Notes: a model not told the origin generated them from the sequence alone. Counted from the first letter of the stretch, positions 24,972 to 38,663 are shown. The stretch is DNA of 42,588 bases from Tubiluchus corallicola (GCA_030141605.1 JAQGDQ010001401.1:1-42588); one strand, 5' to 3'. A program made the numbers and translations.

Positions 24972-24984
24972 GTTGCTTAGCAAC
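24972..24984. promoter_or_regulatory. RFX X-box candidate GTTGCTTAGCAAC
   Basis: Palindromic GTTGC-n3-GCAAC, 145 bp upstream of the predicted ATG of a ciliary gene. Confidence 0.7.
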
Positions 24985-25128
24985 TGCAGTGTAAATAAAA
25001 TGCCGTTGCTTTCTGAAAGCTGCGTAGAATATCGTTTTCGAGATATGAAAATGAATAGCTAAAATAAATCGGCAAGACTGTGATAACCGTTATTTTTTTT
25101 ACTTAAATAATCAACGACATCGGACGTC

Positions 25129-25151
25129 ATGCTGAAGACTACCGAAGTGAG
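25129..25151 (+). CDS. DNAAF1: DNAAF1 candidate first coding exon (MLKTTEV R)
   Basis: ATG followed by a strong AG|gtgagt donor. Phase 2 joins in frame to the exon at 26571. Confidence 0.55.
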
Positions 25152-26570
25152 GTGAGTCTTGACTTGCGTTATTGTCACGCTCTCTCACTTTAGTTTAACA
25201 AGTCTTTATTCTGAATCGTCATTCGCTTTGGCTCATGTTGGCTGTATGCTTTTCAGGGTCCCAGAATTGCGGGTTGGAGAAAGAATACTATATTATACCT
25301 AGCGAATGAGTGTAATTGGATATTATCATTTGCCTAGTAAGTCTTCTGAACATTGGCAAATGGGCAGGCAGAAATAATAATAGTCATCGTCACTGTGGTA
25401 TTTTTGTTCTGTTTCTTATTTACATTCAGCATCTAAAATCTAGAGAATTATTCTGCTTTTGTGGCATAATAATTCCAGGTTTGGAACAAGTGAAATTTTA
25501 TCATTTTTAACTTGTAGTATCTCAGTTTATTTTGATTTAGATGGCTTTTTGGTTGTTCTGAAAACTTTTTCTAGAGTAATCAAAAGAGCTTTCAGGTTCA
25601 AACCTCGCCAATGCCTTTAGCAAGTGTCAGCAATAGTTTTTACCTCAGTTATTTCTCTAAATTTTAATTTGTTAAGCTTTTTTGCACATGTGCTTTTGCC
25701 AATAAAATTTAATAATCCGAGTAGAAATTCTTACTGGTACTTTGAGTGTACAAAACTGGTTTATTGACCAATTCATGGGCATGATAATGATGTAAAATCA
25801 ATGGTATAGATTTATTGATTTCACGTATGTTGAACTTATCATGTCTGTGGAAGTTGTAACTGTATATTTTTAGGTGCCATCTATTGACTAATCACTTTAC
25901 ATTTTGCTAGCTAAACTCACCCCTAGTATAGTTGTTCGGTATAGGATCTCTCCCTATTTTACTGTAATGGTATTTGTGAAGCCAAGTTTGCATAATTACC
26001 TATACCTATATATACTGACTGGATTCTACTTCTAGTCACGCTCTCAGTGCAGTGCAGTCGTGCTACTTATGTGACTCTCTGTCTCACTCTCAATGCAGTG
26101 CAGAAGTCATGCCAGTCGTGATACTCATGTCACTTACTGTCTAACTCTCAGTGATCAGTGCAGGACACTCTTGTCCTCAGTGTGCAGTGTAGCCGTCATT
26201 CTACATATGTGTGTGTAGTCTAATAAACGTTTTCAGTTTTGTGCAGATATGTAGTATAGTGTTTTATTCTTTTTCTACAAAGTGTTCAACTACAACCTCA
26301 AACATGACTTTCACAATGTCCGTGCATTATGCCAAAGCTCATGGGATTTCAGATGATAGTAAAGTTCACTACTACCCATATTGTATAGGTAGTGTAGTGT
26401 AGTGTAAAAAGTAGGAAAATAGTGTAAAAAGTAAGGGTGGACGGTTTATTTTCTGTTAAATTCATTCCTACGGAAGAAGATAACTAAACTGTTTAACTGA
26501 CCTTTAATGGCCTTTTTAATTGTCGTGTCTAAAAATCATCTTAGATGTTAATGTTTTGCGTTGTTTTCAG

Positions 26571-26662
26571 AATGACCAAGCAGTCTCTGCGGAAAATCTG
26601 TAAACAGCAGAAGTTATATTTGACCCCATATTTGAATGATGTGCTGTATCTTCACTTCAAAG
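26571..26662 (+). CDS. DNAAF1: DNAAF1/LRRC50 exon ([32 protein letters not shown])
   Basis: Conserved LYxTPxLNDxLYLHFKG motif of DNAAF1/ODA7, with ag/gt boundaries. Confidence 0.92.
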
Positions 26663-27851
26663 GTAGATTTGCTTTGCTTCGTTATACGCACACAAGAGCT
26701 ATGAAATCCTGCAAGTTGTACAGCCTGATAAAGATGAAATTTTAGATTTTGTGGCGCGATCGGTAAAATTGACGTAATTTATTGTCAACCTCTGCGTAAT
26801 TACATTATCACATTGTAACTGTTATACATCTAATCAATTGTAATGACAATAATTGTAAAAGAACCATATTAATATAGTTACTAACTGCATAATAGTATAT
26901 ATATGCTGCATGGTGGTCAAGAAGCAAAGCTTGTAAGACCACCATGAAAAGTGGGGAAAAAACTGCTTAATTAACAAGAGAAAGAATTATAGAAAAACGG
27001 GGAGAATAGTTAAGATAAGACAATAGTCAAAGATAGAGAAAGAGAGAGGAGATATGAAATGGAAAGGAGTTCAATAACGGTATAAAATTGATTAAGCCAA
27101 TACTGGTAAGGGATGTCGAGAGTTAATAACTAGTCGCGGGGTTGGATTAAAACCTGAAGAGCCCTTTAGCACTGTAAACATTATGGTAGCCACATATAAT
27201 TAGGGATATATAAGCTATCAATTATCAATGTGTAATTCAGAGGCAATGGATCAATATGGTCAAATGCGACTTTATCCTGTATAAGCAATACCACACTTGA
27301 CATATGTTATATGACACATTATATAATCAATCAATATCATCACATGGACAGCGACCAGCTCAGGCTGCTTAGCAGCTAGAATCTCGATGCCCGTCGGTCA
27401 GTCATATTGTAAACAAACACAGAAACAGCTGCACAGATTCCAGCATGTTTTACTTTTGGGTAACTATTCAATTTGAGAAATTGTGTGGCCCTCTTCCCCA
27501 GAGGTCCTAAGCTAGTACTTATTTTGCTTAATGGTTAATCTAAGTCTGACAGTTGGTGAAAGATTTTTAACTTTAAACTTACAAATAATATACTACACTT
27601 TTTTGTACTCACTTGCAAATTTGCTTGCACTTTACTTACTGATTTTTTTTTAATTACTTGTATCTTTTAGAGTAAAAAAAGTTGTAAAAATTATCCGATT
27701 TTCTAACTCACTGAAATGCTGTCACTCATGTTTGCAAGGGCAAGCTGTTACATATATAGCTTATGTGTGTTGGAGAGTGTTTTTGTTGGCAGGTATCGGA
27801 AGCCATGTTGTTTGCTTCTGTCGCATCACTTCCTGTTTACTTCTCCTTCAG

Positions 27852-27960
27852 GTTTTCCTAGAATAGAGAATCTTGACGAGTACACTGGACTAAAGTGTCT
27901 GTGGCTTGAGTCAAATGGCATTAAAACCATTGAAAATCTTGACCAGCAATTGGAGCTAAG
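27852..27960 (+). CDS. DNAAF1: DNAAF1 exon ([36 protein letters not shown])
   Basis: LRR with the IENLxEYTGLxCLWL motif. Phases are consistent. Confidence 0.92.
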
Positions 27961-28119
27961 GTACTTGCATTTTTACGATTTCGTCTCTCACAAGAGTGAG
28001 TAATTAAACCAACTTTCACGAAAAAATTTTGAAAGATTTTCGAGAAGATTTTGAAAATGCAAATTTTTGTTTGTGAACCCAATAGCATTTCAAATTTACA
28101 ACAGTAACAACTGTATAAT

Positions 28120-28576
28120 TTAAAGGACAAGATTTAAGGTAAGCCTCACTAAAATGTTCACTAAAGAATTATAATGGTTTGAGGCAATCTTAAGCGTTTA
28201 TCGTACTCACGTTAAAAGAATTTCTTGTTTGTTTTCATTTTAAAAACTCCTGCGAGACTTTCACGGCGGCGCCATGTTAGATGGCGTCACAGAACCACAA
28301 CACAAATCTTTATAGTACACGTGCTCAGAACTCACCGCGGCTGTGTTCCCGTGATGTCATTCCACGTGATCAGTCACATGCTGGCTTTTCCATTGGCGGA
28401 CTAAATGAAACATGTCTGCGCCAACGTTTACTACAGCGGTTGAAATATTTTACAAAAACTAGAGTAAATGCGAAAACGTGAGTACTTTATTCGTCTAAGA
28501 TTATACTTAGGTGATATAATTTTTTATTGCGAACTTACCGAGGCTTACTTTGGTTGGCCATTTTCTTGTCCTGTCA
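28120..28576. mobile_element. MITE-like element, TTAAAGGACAAGA...TCTTGTCCTGTCA (right end decayed)
   Basis: Same left terminus as the 29236 element and related subterminal sequence. Confidence 0.5.
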
Positions 28577-28681
28577 GAGTATGATACACAAAGCATCAAG
28601 CGTCAGCATCTAGCTTCCATTATCGAGCATCTAGTGTTCACTGGCTAGTAAGTTAACAACAATGCGACAGGTTCCTAGCAT

Positions 28682-29038
28682 CCAGCGTCCAGCTTTCAGT
28701 GTATTTCTATAACAATTCACTGGCCATCATTGGCAAGCTGAGGAACAGACGCTGGAGGGTAGATGTATAGAAGATAGGAGGAGTTTCCAGTATCTGAATT
28801 CCAGCGTCCAGCTTTCAGTGTATTTCTATAACAATTCGCTGACCATCATTAGCAGGCTGAGGAACAGATGCTGGAGGGTAGATGTATAGAAGATAGGAGG
28901 AGTTTCCAGTATCTGAATTCCAGCGTCCGGCTTTCAGTGTATTTCTATAACAACGCTGACCATCATTGGCAGGCTGAGGAACAGACGCTGGAGGGTAGAA
29001 GATAGGAGGAGTTTCCAGTATCTGAATTCCAGCGTCCG
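28682..29038 (+). repeat. ~119-bp tandem repeat, 3 copies
   Basis: ccagcgtccagctttcagtgtatttctataac... at 28682, 28801 and 28920. Confidence 0.92.
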
Positions 29039-29235
29039 CTACCAAATCTTTGGTTTCATCACCCCTGTATAATATATATGTTCTTTCCCGCTTTCAGATG
29101 ATACAACGCGTTGGTGTTTTATAGGTATTATTCAGCATCTTATCTGAAAATTTTCTCTCGAAGAGTAATTAATATACTAATATCCATGTATTCATTTATC
29201 TAGTGGTTTTTTTAATAATAAATTGAGGTAGTAAA

Positions 29236-29925
29236 TTAAAGGACAAGAAAAGGGGTACCTGAAGTAGGTTTCAGAAAAATCGCCTTAAGAACGTATATTA
29301 CTTTATAGCAATTTTATGCGTATATCGTACTCGCACTGAAAGGAATTTTAGTTTGTTTTCGTTTTAAATCTCCGGCAATACTGTTCCGAAGTCGCCATTA
29401 CATGACGTCATGTACCAAACGTAAATCAGGGGAAGAAAAGGCAATGTTAAATTATGTCTCAAAAGACTTTCCGTGCAAATCTATATTAATTAGATTTTCA
29501 CTTACCTGCTAGAAAGACTTATGTAACTAGAATTTAAAATTATTAATTATTTAAAATGTTTTCACCAATTGGTAAAATGTCGCTGACTCACCCTCTAGGG
29601 TGCACCACTCACTAACCAAAAACGTATTTTTAATCTTATTGACAAGATACAGTAATTTAAAATTTTACTTAGTTAGTGTCTTGTGCGCTACGAATGCTCT
29701 GATTATTTTTCAAATTTCACAAAATTTTATCTAAACTTGTTTCAAATGACCTGTCGAGAAAATGGCTGCGTCTAACGGTCATCGCGGGAGTTTAAATTCA
29801 CACGTTTTATACAGCGTGACTGCCGATTGAAGTCCTGCATGCAAAAAAGCAGTACGTAAGTGAAATAAAATTTCAAAACGAATTTTTCAAGCTTTACGTT
29901 TATGAAGGGTTCTCTTGTACTTTAA
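29236..29925. mobile_element. TTAA-flanked MITE (Kolobok-like), ~690 bp; relatives at ~8600-9060, ~11860-12318 and ~21450-21560
   Basis: TTAA-AGGACAAGA ... TCTTGTACT-TTAA termini. The internal block atggctgcrtctaacggtcatcgcgggagtttaaatt is shared with 12154. Confidence 0.68.
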
Positions 29926-30411
29926 ATGAACTTTCTATTCGCTGACATCGGCATTTTGTTATCTTTAGGCTGCTGGATATCTGCATTTGCAGCGTCTACA
30001 AGAAAGTGTTTTTTGAACATTTTTGATCACCCAAGAAGTTAAATTTCATCTCAGTTTATGCATAATTTTTCTTTACAGGTCGGCGCTCTCAACGGTCAGT
30101 TGTGGCACGATCAGTACCTAGCTCATTATTAATGATGATCTCCCCAGGCAATTCACTCAATCTCCTGAGGTGTTTTGTCTGATTTTGGTAAATCCTAAAA
30201 GAAAATAAGTGGCGGTATGGAACTGCTCTAAGGAACAACAGTTTTTACAAAGTCACTCATGTATTTGCTAACCGGGCCTAGGTGCTATTTAACTATTGCA
30301 ACCAAACGTACACTGTGACGATGTAGCTATTTTCCTCAATCTAATTTTGAAATGCTATGTAATTAAGTGTTTTTTTATTAGTTAAATTTAATATTATATT
30401 TATTTTAACAG

Positions 30412-30524
30412 GTGTCTTTTTATTCATCAAAATCTGATACGTAAAATAGAAAATCTGGGTCATTTGAAGAACCTTGTTATTATCAACTTTAGCAATAACT
30501 ACATCTGCACCTTGGAAAATCTAG
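30412..30524 (+). CDS. DNAAF1: DNAAF1 exon ([37 protein letters not shown])
   Basis: LRR with ttttaacag acceptor and G|gtagc donor, in frame. Confidence 0.9.
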
Positions 30525-30635
30525 GTAGCTTTTTATTCAAGTTTAATTTTTTCATTAATTGCATAATACCTATTAAGAGATGGCGCCACGGCACCATGGT
30601 GCATGGTTTTTTATAATATGTCCTGTATGAAGGCA

Positions 30636-30662
30636 ATAATAATAATAATAATAATGACGATG

Positions 30663-30730
<68 letters not shown>

Positions 30731-31047
30731 GACAACGACAACGACAACAACAATAACAACAACAACAACAACAACAATAAGGACGATGATGATGATGATG
30801 ATGATAATAATAATAATAATCTTTATTTAAAGTCGGCTTTTGGGTCAACAATTAGCATTAGCTCAAAGAGCTATTATCGCCGACTGTAAATAACAACCTA
30901 CAACTACATAACAGAGACTATTATTACCCCACTTTTACCCTAAATACCACGATGCGTCAGGCAGGGGTATGACCCGGCCGCTGGTTCGAACTCACGACCT
31001 CCCAGACGGAAAGCAAACGCGTTACCACTAGACTACACCCGTCTGGT
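30636..31047 (-). mobile_element. tRNA-derived SINE with an expanded trinucleotide tail
   Basis: Minus strand ggtgtagtctagtggtaacgcg (A box) ... gagttcgaacc (B box). The body ends aaataaaga-(tta)n, and the tail 30636-30820 is compound (aat)/(aac)/(gat). Confidence 0.72.
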
Positions 31048-31304
31048 GCAAGGTATGTCATTTGAGACTGCTTTCAGACCTTGAGAGAACGTACTGTGAG
31101 ATTTACACAATTTTTTTACAATCAGTTGAAAGATAAGATGTATTTGTGATCTCTTTTTGCTGTACGTACAATTGTACCTCTGTCATATGTAATATTTTCT
31201 CTGTATCAAATTGAAATCTGTTTTCAACAATGTGTGCTTAATGACACTTTATGTAGTAAGCTAGTTGAATCTTGATACCGTACGATAATAAAATAATGTG
31301 TACA

Positions 31305-32645
31305 GTGTGCATATCACTAGCGTACATATCACTAGTATACCTGTCACTAGCATACATACATATCACTAGTTTTTAGTGTACATATCACTAGCGTACATAT
31401 CACTAGCGTACATATCACTAGCGTACATATCACTAGCGTACATATCACTAGCGTACATATCACTAGCGTACATATCACTAGCGTACATATCTCTAGTTTT
31501 TAGTGTACATATCACTAGCGTACATATCACTAGTTTTAGTGTACATATCACTAGTTTACCTATCACTAGCGTACATATCACTAGTTTTTAGTGTACATAT
31601 CACTAGCGTACATATCACTAGCGTACATATCACTAGTTTTTAGTGTACATATCACTAGTGTACATATCACTAGTTTTTAGTGTACATATCACTAGTTTTT
31701 AGTGTACATATCACTAGCGTACATATCACTAGTTTTTAGTGTACATATCACTAGCGTATATATCACTAGTTTTTAGTGTACATATCACTAGCGTATATAT
31801 CACTAGTTTTTAGTGTACATATCACTAGCGTACATATCACTAGTTTTTAGTGTACATATCACTAGCATACATATCACTAGTTTACCTATCACTAGCGTAC
31901 ATATCACTAGTTTTTAGTGTACATATCACTAGCGTACATATCACTAGTTTTTAGTGTACATATCACTAGTGTACATATCACTAGTTTTTAGTGTACATAT
32001 CACTAGTTTTTAGTGTACATATCACTAGCGTACATATCACTAGTTTTTAGTGTACATATCACTAGCGTATATATCACTAGTTTTTAGTGTACATATCACT
32101 AGCGTATATATCACTAGTTTTTAGTGTACATATCACTAGCGTACATATCACTAGTTTTTAGTGTACATATCACTAGCGTATATATCACTAGTTTTTAGTG
32201 TACATATCACTAGCGTATATATCACTAGTTTTTAGTGTACATATCACTAGCGTACATATCACTAGTTTTTAGTGTACATATCACTAGCGTACATATCACT
32301 AGTCTTTAGTGTACATATCACTAGCGTACATATCACTAGTTTTTAGTGTACATATCACTAGCGTACATATCACTAGCATACATATCACTAGTTTTTAGTG
32401 TACATATCACTAGCGTACATATCACTAGTTTTTAGTGTACATATCACTAGCGTACATATCACTAGTTTTTAGTGTACATATCACTAGCGTACATATCACT
32501 AGTTTTTAGTGTACATATCACTAGCGTACATATCACTAGCGTACATATCACTAGCATACATATCACTAGTTTTTAGTGTACATATCACTAGCGTATATAT
32601 CACTAGTGTACATATCACTAGTTTTTAGTGTACATATCACTAGCG
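31305..32645 (+). repeat. Compound minisatellite of 15-bp (gcgtacatatcacta) and 22-bp (gtttttagtgtacatatcacta) units
   Basis: Directly visible. It produces the YISLA/DMYAS ORFs. Confidence 0.95.
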
Positions 32646-32827
32646 CTGATTTTTGTCACCAAATGCGAGATTCGATGTTTAAAAAAACATGTTTTAATAT
32701 CTTGGTTATAGTTAAATCAATCATTTTATTTATTTATTCATCCGTTAGCCAGCGCGTTGCACAAATTTACGAGTTCGAAAAATATTAGTTTTTTAAAGTA
32801 ACAAGTTTACCATATCTTTTCCTACAG

Positions 32828-32994
32828 CCTGCCTGCCAAATTTGGAAACACTGCAGATAGCTCACAATCGACTGAAACACTATACAGACATTGAACACTT
32901 GGTGGCGTGCAAAGCTCTCCGCATCGTTGACTTGTCTTACAATGAGCTGTATGACCGCAAGATAGTCAACGTTTTCGGCGACATGGAAGCATTG
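32828..32994 (+). CDS. DNAAF1: DNAAF1 exon (ACLPNLETLQIAHNRLKHYTDIEHLVACKALRIVDLSYNELYDRKIVNVFGDMEAL)
   Basis: LRR with ttttcctacag acceptor and gtatgt donor. Confidence 0.9.
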
Positions 32995-34950
32995 GTATGT
33001 GTTCTGTATCTTTCTTGACTGCCTAGTGGATTTATTGTGCAGTGTATACAGGGTGAGCGGTAATGAAGTCACCAGAATTGGTATGTGTTCTGTTTCTTTC
33101 TTGACTGCCTAGTGGATTTATTGTGCAGTGTATACAGGGTGAGCGGTAATGAAGTCACCAGAATTGGTATGTGTTCTGTTTCTTTCTTGACTGCCTAGTG
33201 GATTTATTATGCAGTGTATACAGGGTGAGCGGTAATAAAGTCACCAGAATTGGTATGTGTTCTGTATCTTTCTTGACTGCCTAGTGGATTTATTGTGCAG
33301 TGTATACAGGGTGACCGGTAATGAAGTCACCAGAATTGGTATGTGTTCTGTATCTTTCTTGACTGCCTAGTGGATTTATTATGCAGTGTATACAGGGTGA
33401 CCGGTAATAAAGTCACCAGAATTGGTATGTGTTCTGTTTCTTTCTTGACTGCCTAGTGGATTTATTATGCAGTGTATACAGGGTGACCGGTAATAAAGTC
33501 ACCAGAATTGGTATGTGTTCTGTTTCTTTCTTGACTGCCTAGTGGATTTATTGTGCAGTGTATACAGGGTGACCGGTAATAAAGTCACCAGAATTGGTAT
33601 GTGTTCTGTTTCTTTCTTGACTGCCTAGTGGATTTATTATGCACTGTATACAGGGTGAGCGGTAATAAAGTCACCAGAATTGGTATGAGTTCTGTATCTT
33701 TCTTGACTGCCTAGTGGATTTATTGTGCAGTGTATACAGGGTGACCGGTAATAAAGTCACCAGAATTGGTATGTGTTCTGTATCTTTCTTGACTGCCTAG
33801 TGGATTTATTATGCAGTGTATACAGGGTGAGCGGTAATGAAGTCACCAGAATTGGTATGTGTTCTGTATCTTTCTTGTCTGCCTAGTGGATTTATTATGC
33901 AGTGTATACAGGGTGAGCGGTAATAAAGTCACCAGAATTGGTATGAGTTCTGTCTCTTTCTTGACTGCCTAGTGGATTTATTGTGCAGTGTATACAGGGT
34001 GAGCGGTAATGAAGTCACCAGAATTGGTATGTGTTCTGTATCTTTCTTGTCTGCCTAGTGGATTTATTATGCAGTGTATACAGGCTGACCGGGAATAAAG
34101 TCACCTGAATTGGTATGTGTTTTGTATCTTTCTTGTCTGCCTAGTGGATTTATTATGCAGTGTATACAGGGTGACCGGTAATAAAGTCACCAGAATTGGT
34201 ATGTGTTCTGTATCTTTCTTGACTGCCTAGTGGATTTATTATGCACTGTATACAGGGTGAGCGGTAATGAAGTCACCAGAATTGGTATGTGTTCTGTATC
34301 TTTCTTGACTGCCTAGTGGATTTATTGTGCAGTGTATACAGGGTGAGCGGTAATGAAGTCACCAGAATTGGTATGTGTTCTGTTTCTTTCTTGACTGCCT
34401 AGTGGATTTATTATGCAGTGTATACAGGGTGACCGGTAATAAAGTCACCAGAATTGGTATGTGTTCTGTTTCTTTCTTGACTGCCTAGTGGATTTATTAT
34501 GCAGTGTATACAGGGTGACCGGTAATAAAGTCACCAGAATTGGTATGTGTTCTGTTTCTTTCTTGACTGCCTAGTGGATTTATTATGCAGTGTATACAGG
34601 GTGACCGGTAATAAAGTCACCAGAATTGGTATGAGTTCTGTCTCTTTCTTGACTGCCTAGTGGATTTATTATGCAGTGTATACAGGGTGAGCGGTAATGA
34701 AGTCACCAGAATTGGTATGTGTTCTGTATCTTTCTTGTCTGCCTAGTGGATTTATTATGCAGTGTATACAGGGTGAGCGGTAATAAAGTCACCAGAATTG
34801 GTATGTGTTCTGTATCTTTCTTATCTGCCTAGTGGATTTATTATGCAGTGTATACAGGGTGAGCGGTAATGAAGTCACCAGAATTGGTATGTGTTCTGTA
34901 TCTTTCTTATCTGCCTAGTGGATTTATTATGCAGTGTATACAGGGTGACC
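32991..34950 (+). repeat. 86-bp tandem array, ~23 copies, beginning at the exon donor site
   Basis: attggtatgtgttctg... recurs at 32991, 33077 and onward. Confidence 0.96.
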
Positions 34951-34964
34951 GTATAAGTATCAGT

Positions 34965-36012
34965 GTGTAAAAGTTCTGGGGTGCCTATCCCTGTCTGTTT
35001 GGGAGCATCAGCTTCGTCTTTGTAATGTAGTGATGCAAAAGTTCTGGGGTGCCTACCCCTGCCTGTTTGGGTGCATCAGCTTCGTGTGGGTAATGTAGTG
35101 ATGTAAAAGTTCTGGGGTGTCTATCCCTGTCTGTTTGGTCGCATCAGCTTCGTCTGGGCAATGTAGTGATGTAAAAGTTCTGGGGTGCCTATCCCTGTCT
35201 GTTTGGTAGCATCAGCTTCGTCTGGGTAATGTAGTGATGTAAAAGTTCTGGGGTGCCTATCCCTGTCTGTTTGGTCGCATCAGCTTCGTCTGGGTAATGT
35301 AGTGATGTAAAAGTTCTGGGGTGCCTATCCCTGTCTGTTTGGGTGCATCAGCTTCGTCTGGGTAATGTAGTGATGTAAAAGTTTTGGGGTGCCTATCCCT
35401 GTCTGTTTGGTCGCATCAGCTTCGTCTGGGTAATGTAGTGATGTAAAAGTTCTGGGATGTCTACCCCTGCCTGTTTGGTTGCATCGGCTTCGTCTGGGCA
35501 ATGTAGTGATGTAAAAGTTCTGGGGTGCCTATCCCTGTCTGTTTGGTCGCATCAGCTTCGTCTGGGTAATGTAGTGATGTAAAAGTTCTGGGGTGCCTAT
35601 CCCTGTCTGTTTGGTTGCATCAGCTTCGTCTGGGTAATGTAGTGATGTAAAAGTTCTGGGGTGCCTATCCCTGTCTGTTTGGGTGCATCAGCTTCGTCTG
35701 GGTAATGTAGTGATGTAAAAGTTTTGGGGTGCCTATCCCTGTCTGTTTGGTCGCATCAGCTTCGTCTGGGTAATGTAGTGATGTAAAAGTTCTGGGATGT
35801 CTATCCCTGTCTGTTTGGTCGCATCAGCTTCGTCTGGGTAATGTAGTGATGTAAAAGTTCTGGGGTGCCTATCCCTGTCTGTTTGGATGCATCAGCTTCG
35901 TCTGGGTAATGTAGTGATGTAAAAGTTCTGGGGTGCCTATCCCTGTCTGCTTGGGAGCATCAGCTTCGCCCGGGTAATGTAGTGATGTAAAAGTTCTGGG
36001 GTCCCTATCCCA
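34965..36012 (+). repeat. 68-bp tandem array, ~15 copies
   Basis: Unit gtaaaagttctggggtgcctatccctgtctgtttggtcgcatcagcttcgtctgggtaatgtagtgat. Confidence 0.96.
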
Positions 36013-36067
36013 GATTTCTTTTTTAGTCGTCCAGTCCAGTAGTTTGTAAATTTTTGTAATTTTCCAG

Positions 36068-36142
36068 AGAGTTCTCAACTTGATTGGAAATGAGGCACCC
36101 GGCAAGATCAGTCACTACAGACGGACGATGATTATAAACATT
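36068..36142 (+). CDS. DNAAF1: DNAAF1 exon (RVLNLIGNEAPGKISHYRRTMIINI)
   Basis: LRR-cap region, ttttccag/gtaagt boundaries, 75 bp, phase 0-0. Confidence 0.88.
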
Positions 36143-36779
36143 GTAAGTAGTTGTACTACATATATGTATGCAAAAATTTGTTATGGGTATATTAAAGGCA
36201 AAAGCTAAGTCTCTCGGGAAGTTGAGCTTGTATTGATATTCGTAAAAAATGTTAGAAATTTACAGCAATAAAATTGTGATAAGCGCCTCATGTAATTATT
36301 GCAATCAATCAAAAGTCGCGATGATCTCGTGCTTGTGTGCACTCATTTTGAACGAATAGTGACATCTGGTGGCGTAGCTATACAAACACTTATCCCACCA
36401 GGGGCTTGAGCGCAAACTTCTCTTGCAGCTGCAGTTACTGTTATCAACTACGAACAAACCAAAGCATTAAACAACAGATTATTAATATTATTATTTTTTT
36501 TTTGATTTTTAATGAATCTCTTTGCCCACTATGTGATGAAGACTAGTTACCGATGATGATATTAATTGTCTCCGACTCGTTAACACTGACTAAGTAACAG
36601 AATAATTATTTTAACAAGCTACATCTGAACTGTATATACTAAGTGACCCCCCCATCGCCTAGCTACCATATTCTGGTAGCCTCATGGAATTCCATGCTTA
36701 TCTGTTACTTAGATTATTTATAGTACTTTCACATCTTGAGATATAGTCCTGTAGATTAAAGCTATACGAGCAACTTACT

Positions 36780-37600
36780 TTAAAGGAAAACTGGATGATT
36801 GTGTAAACATTAGTTCAGAATAAAGAATGCTCTAAAATATTGAAAACTACAATAGCTTATTTTAAATCAAAACTTAGATTAAATGATAATTACCTCAAAA
36901 TTTCGTTAAACTTTCAAAGCTACGCACGGCTCAGTGAATCTACTAAGATTGGCAACGGCGCGTAGCGTTCACATTCGCGTGGCCGACAAATAGAAGACGG
37001 TACCGTGATAACCATGACCATGAACTGCAGTGTTAGTTTCTGATGTCATATGACATAGAGCCCATTTTTTGTGACATCACGCATTTAAACAGTACTGTAA
37101 CACTTATGCAAATGTGCTTAAATGCGCAAATTATGCAGGGAAGATGCCTGCCATTGCACAAACTGTGGTTAGTTTCTGACGTAAGCAATAGCTGTGTTTG
37201 GTTGCCGTTAATTAACTTTCTAAGCTAATTATTCAAATATAAGGAACAAGTGTTAACCTTTATAGGCAAGAAAATGTATATTTTGGACAGTAGATTAAAG
37301 TGAAATTGAGACTAAACAATCGTCCGGTCTTCATTTAAACGAAAAGACTTAGTCAGTTAGAATAGTGGAATTTTGAACTGGAGATGTTTCGCTACGCGGA
37401 TCTTCACGGCACTCTCGCTGTCCACCAGCTTAATCCAAATATGTCCGCCATGATGTTTGTTTGGTGCAACATAAAAAAGATTTAAATTTCCTTAGCATTT
37501 TTAAGTAAGGTACTTTATGCACACACGTGGTAATGTCATCACTTTTGAGCACATATTAAAATACAATGAATGTTCTTTGATGGTTGGTTTTTTCCTTTAA
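36780..37600. mobile_element. TTAA-flanked MITE candidate (Kolobok-like), ~820 bp
   Basis: TTAA-AGGAAAA ... TTTTCCT-TTAA termini. Only one copy is seen in the window. Confidence 0.5.
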
Positions 37601-37892
37601 CTGAACTTCCAAAATTAATGTGCCAACCATTTTTGTGTTGAGCATATAAGCAATCCTGTAAGATAAGTGATAAATTTAGTTGCACAGACCATTAGGCCAC
37701 GCCCCGAGGCTGTTGTATTACTCATTTAAAAAGCAAGTGATTGTCAGTAACTAATTTTCTGAACCTCGTTACCTTATCTGAACCTCGGTGTGTATTTACT
37801 GTGATTTATAGCCAGACTGAACAGACGCAACGAAAAATTGCTCATTTTAGATGTTCAAGTAACAGGGGTTGCTTTAATTTCATGTGTTGCAG

Positions 37893-37957
37893 CTTGACCT
37901 GCAGTACTTAGATGACCGGCCCGTGTTTCCTAGAGACAGAGCATGTGCTGAAGCCTG
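37893..37957 (+). CDS. DNAAF1: DNAAF1 exon ([22 protein letters not shown])
   Basis: [18 protein letters not shown] motif is diagnostic, with a gtgagt donor. Confidence 0.92.
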
Positions 37958-37987
37958 GTGAGTAAAATTGTAATTACTTTTATCATT

Positions 37988-38412
<425 letters not shown>

Positions 38413-38663
38413 CTTTATGATGCTCTTTGCTTGCATCATGCAGGGTCAAACACATCAGTACAAATCGAAAATTTGTTTGATAATGGAATGTTCCGCGTAG
38501 GCCACTTAATTGGCTATATACATGATTTAATCACTGATTCGAACGTGGTAGAACTTTAGCTGGACAGTCAGACAGAATGCTGGTCGGGAAGGAGGGCAGG
38601 TGGACAGATAGACAAACAGGCAATTTGTTTTTATACATATATGTAATTTTTATGTCATTTCAG

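Noticed and set aside
25000-25062. Upstream ATG (MPLLSESCVEYRFRDMKMNS*) as the DNAAF1 start
   Set aside because: It ends in a stop with no convincing donor. It could be a uORF, but this is unsupported.
30968-31045. Bona fide tRNA gene
   Set aside because: A and B boxes are present but the anticodon and acceptor stems pair poorly, and it is followed by a SINE-like body and tail.
33048-33080. 86-bp unit translating RVSGNEVTRI, reminiscent of the next exon (RVLNLIGNEAPGKI)
   Set aside because: It is out of frame with the available acceptors and too short to be significant.
32991-36012. CRISPR-like regular arrays
   Set aside because: The units are wholly repeated with no unique spacers, lie in a eukaryotic intron, and there are no cas genes.
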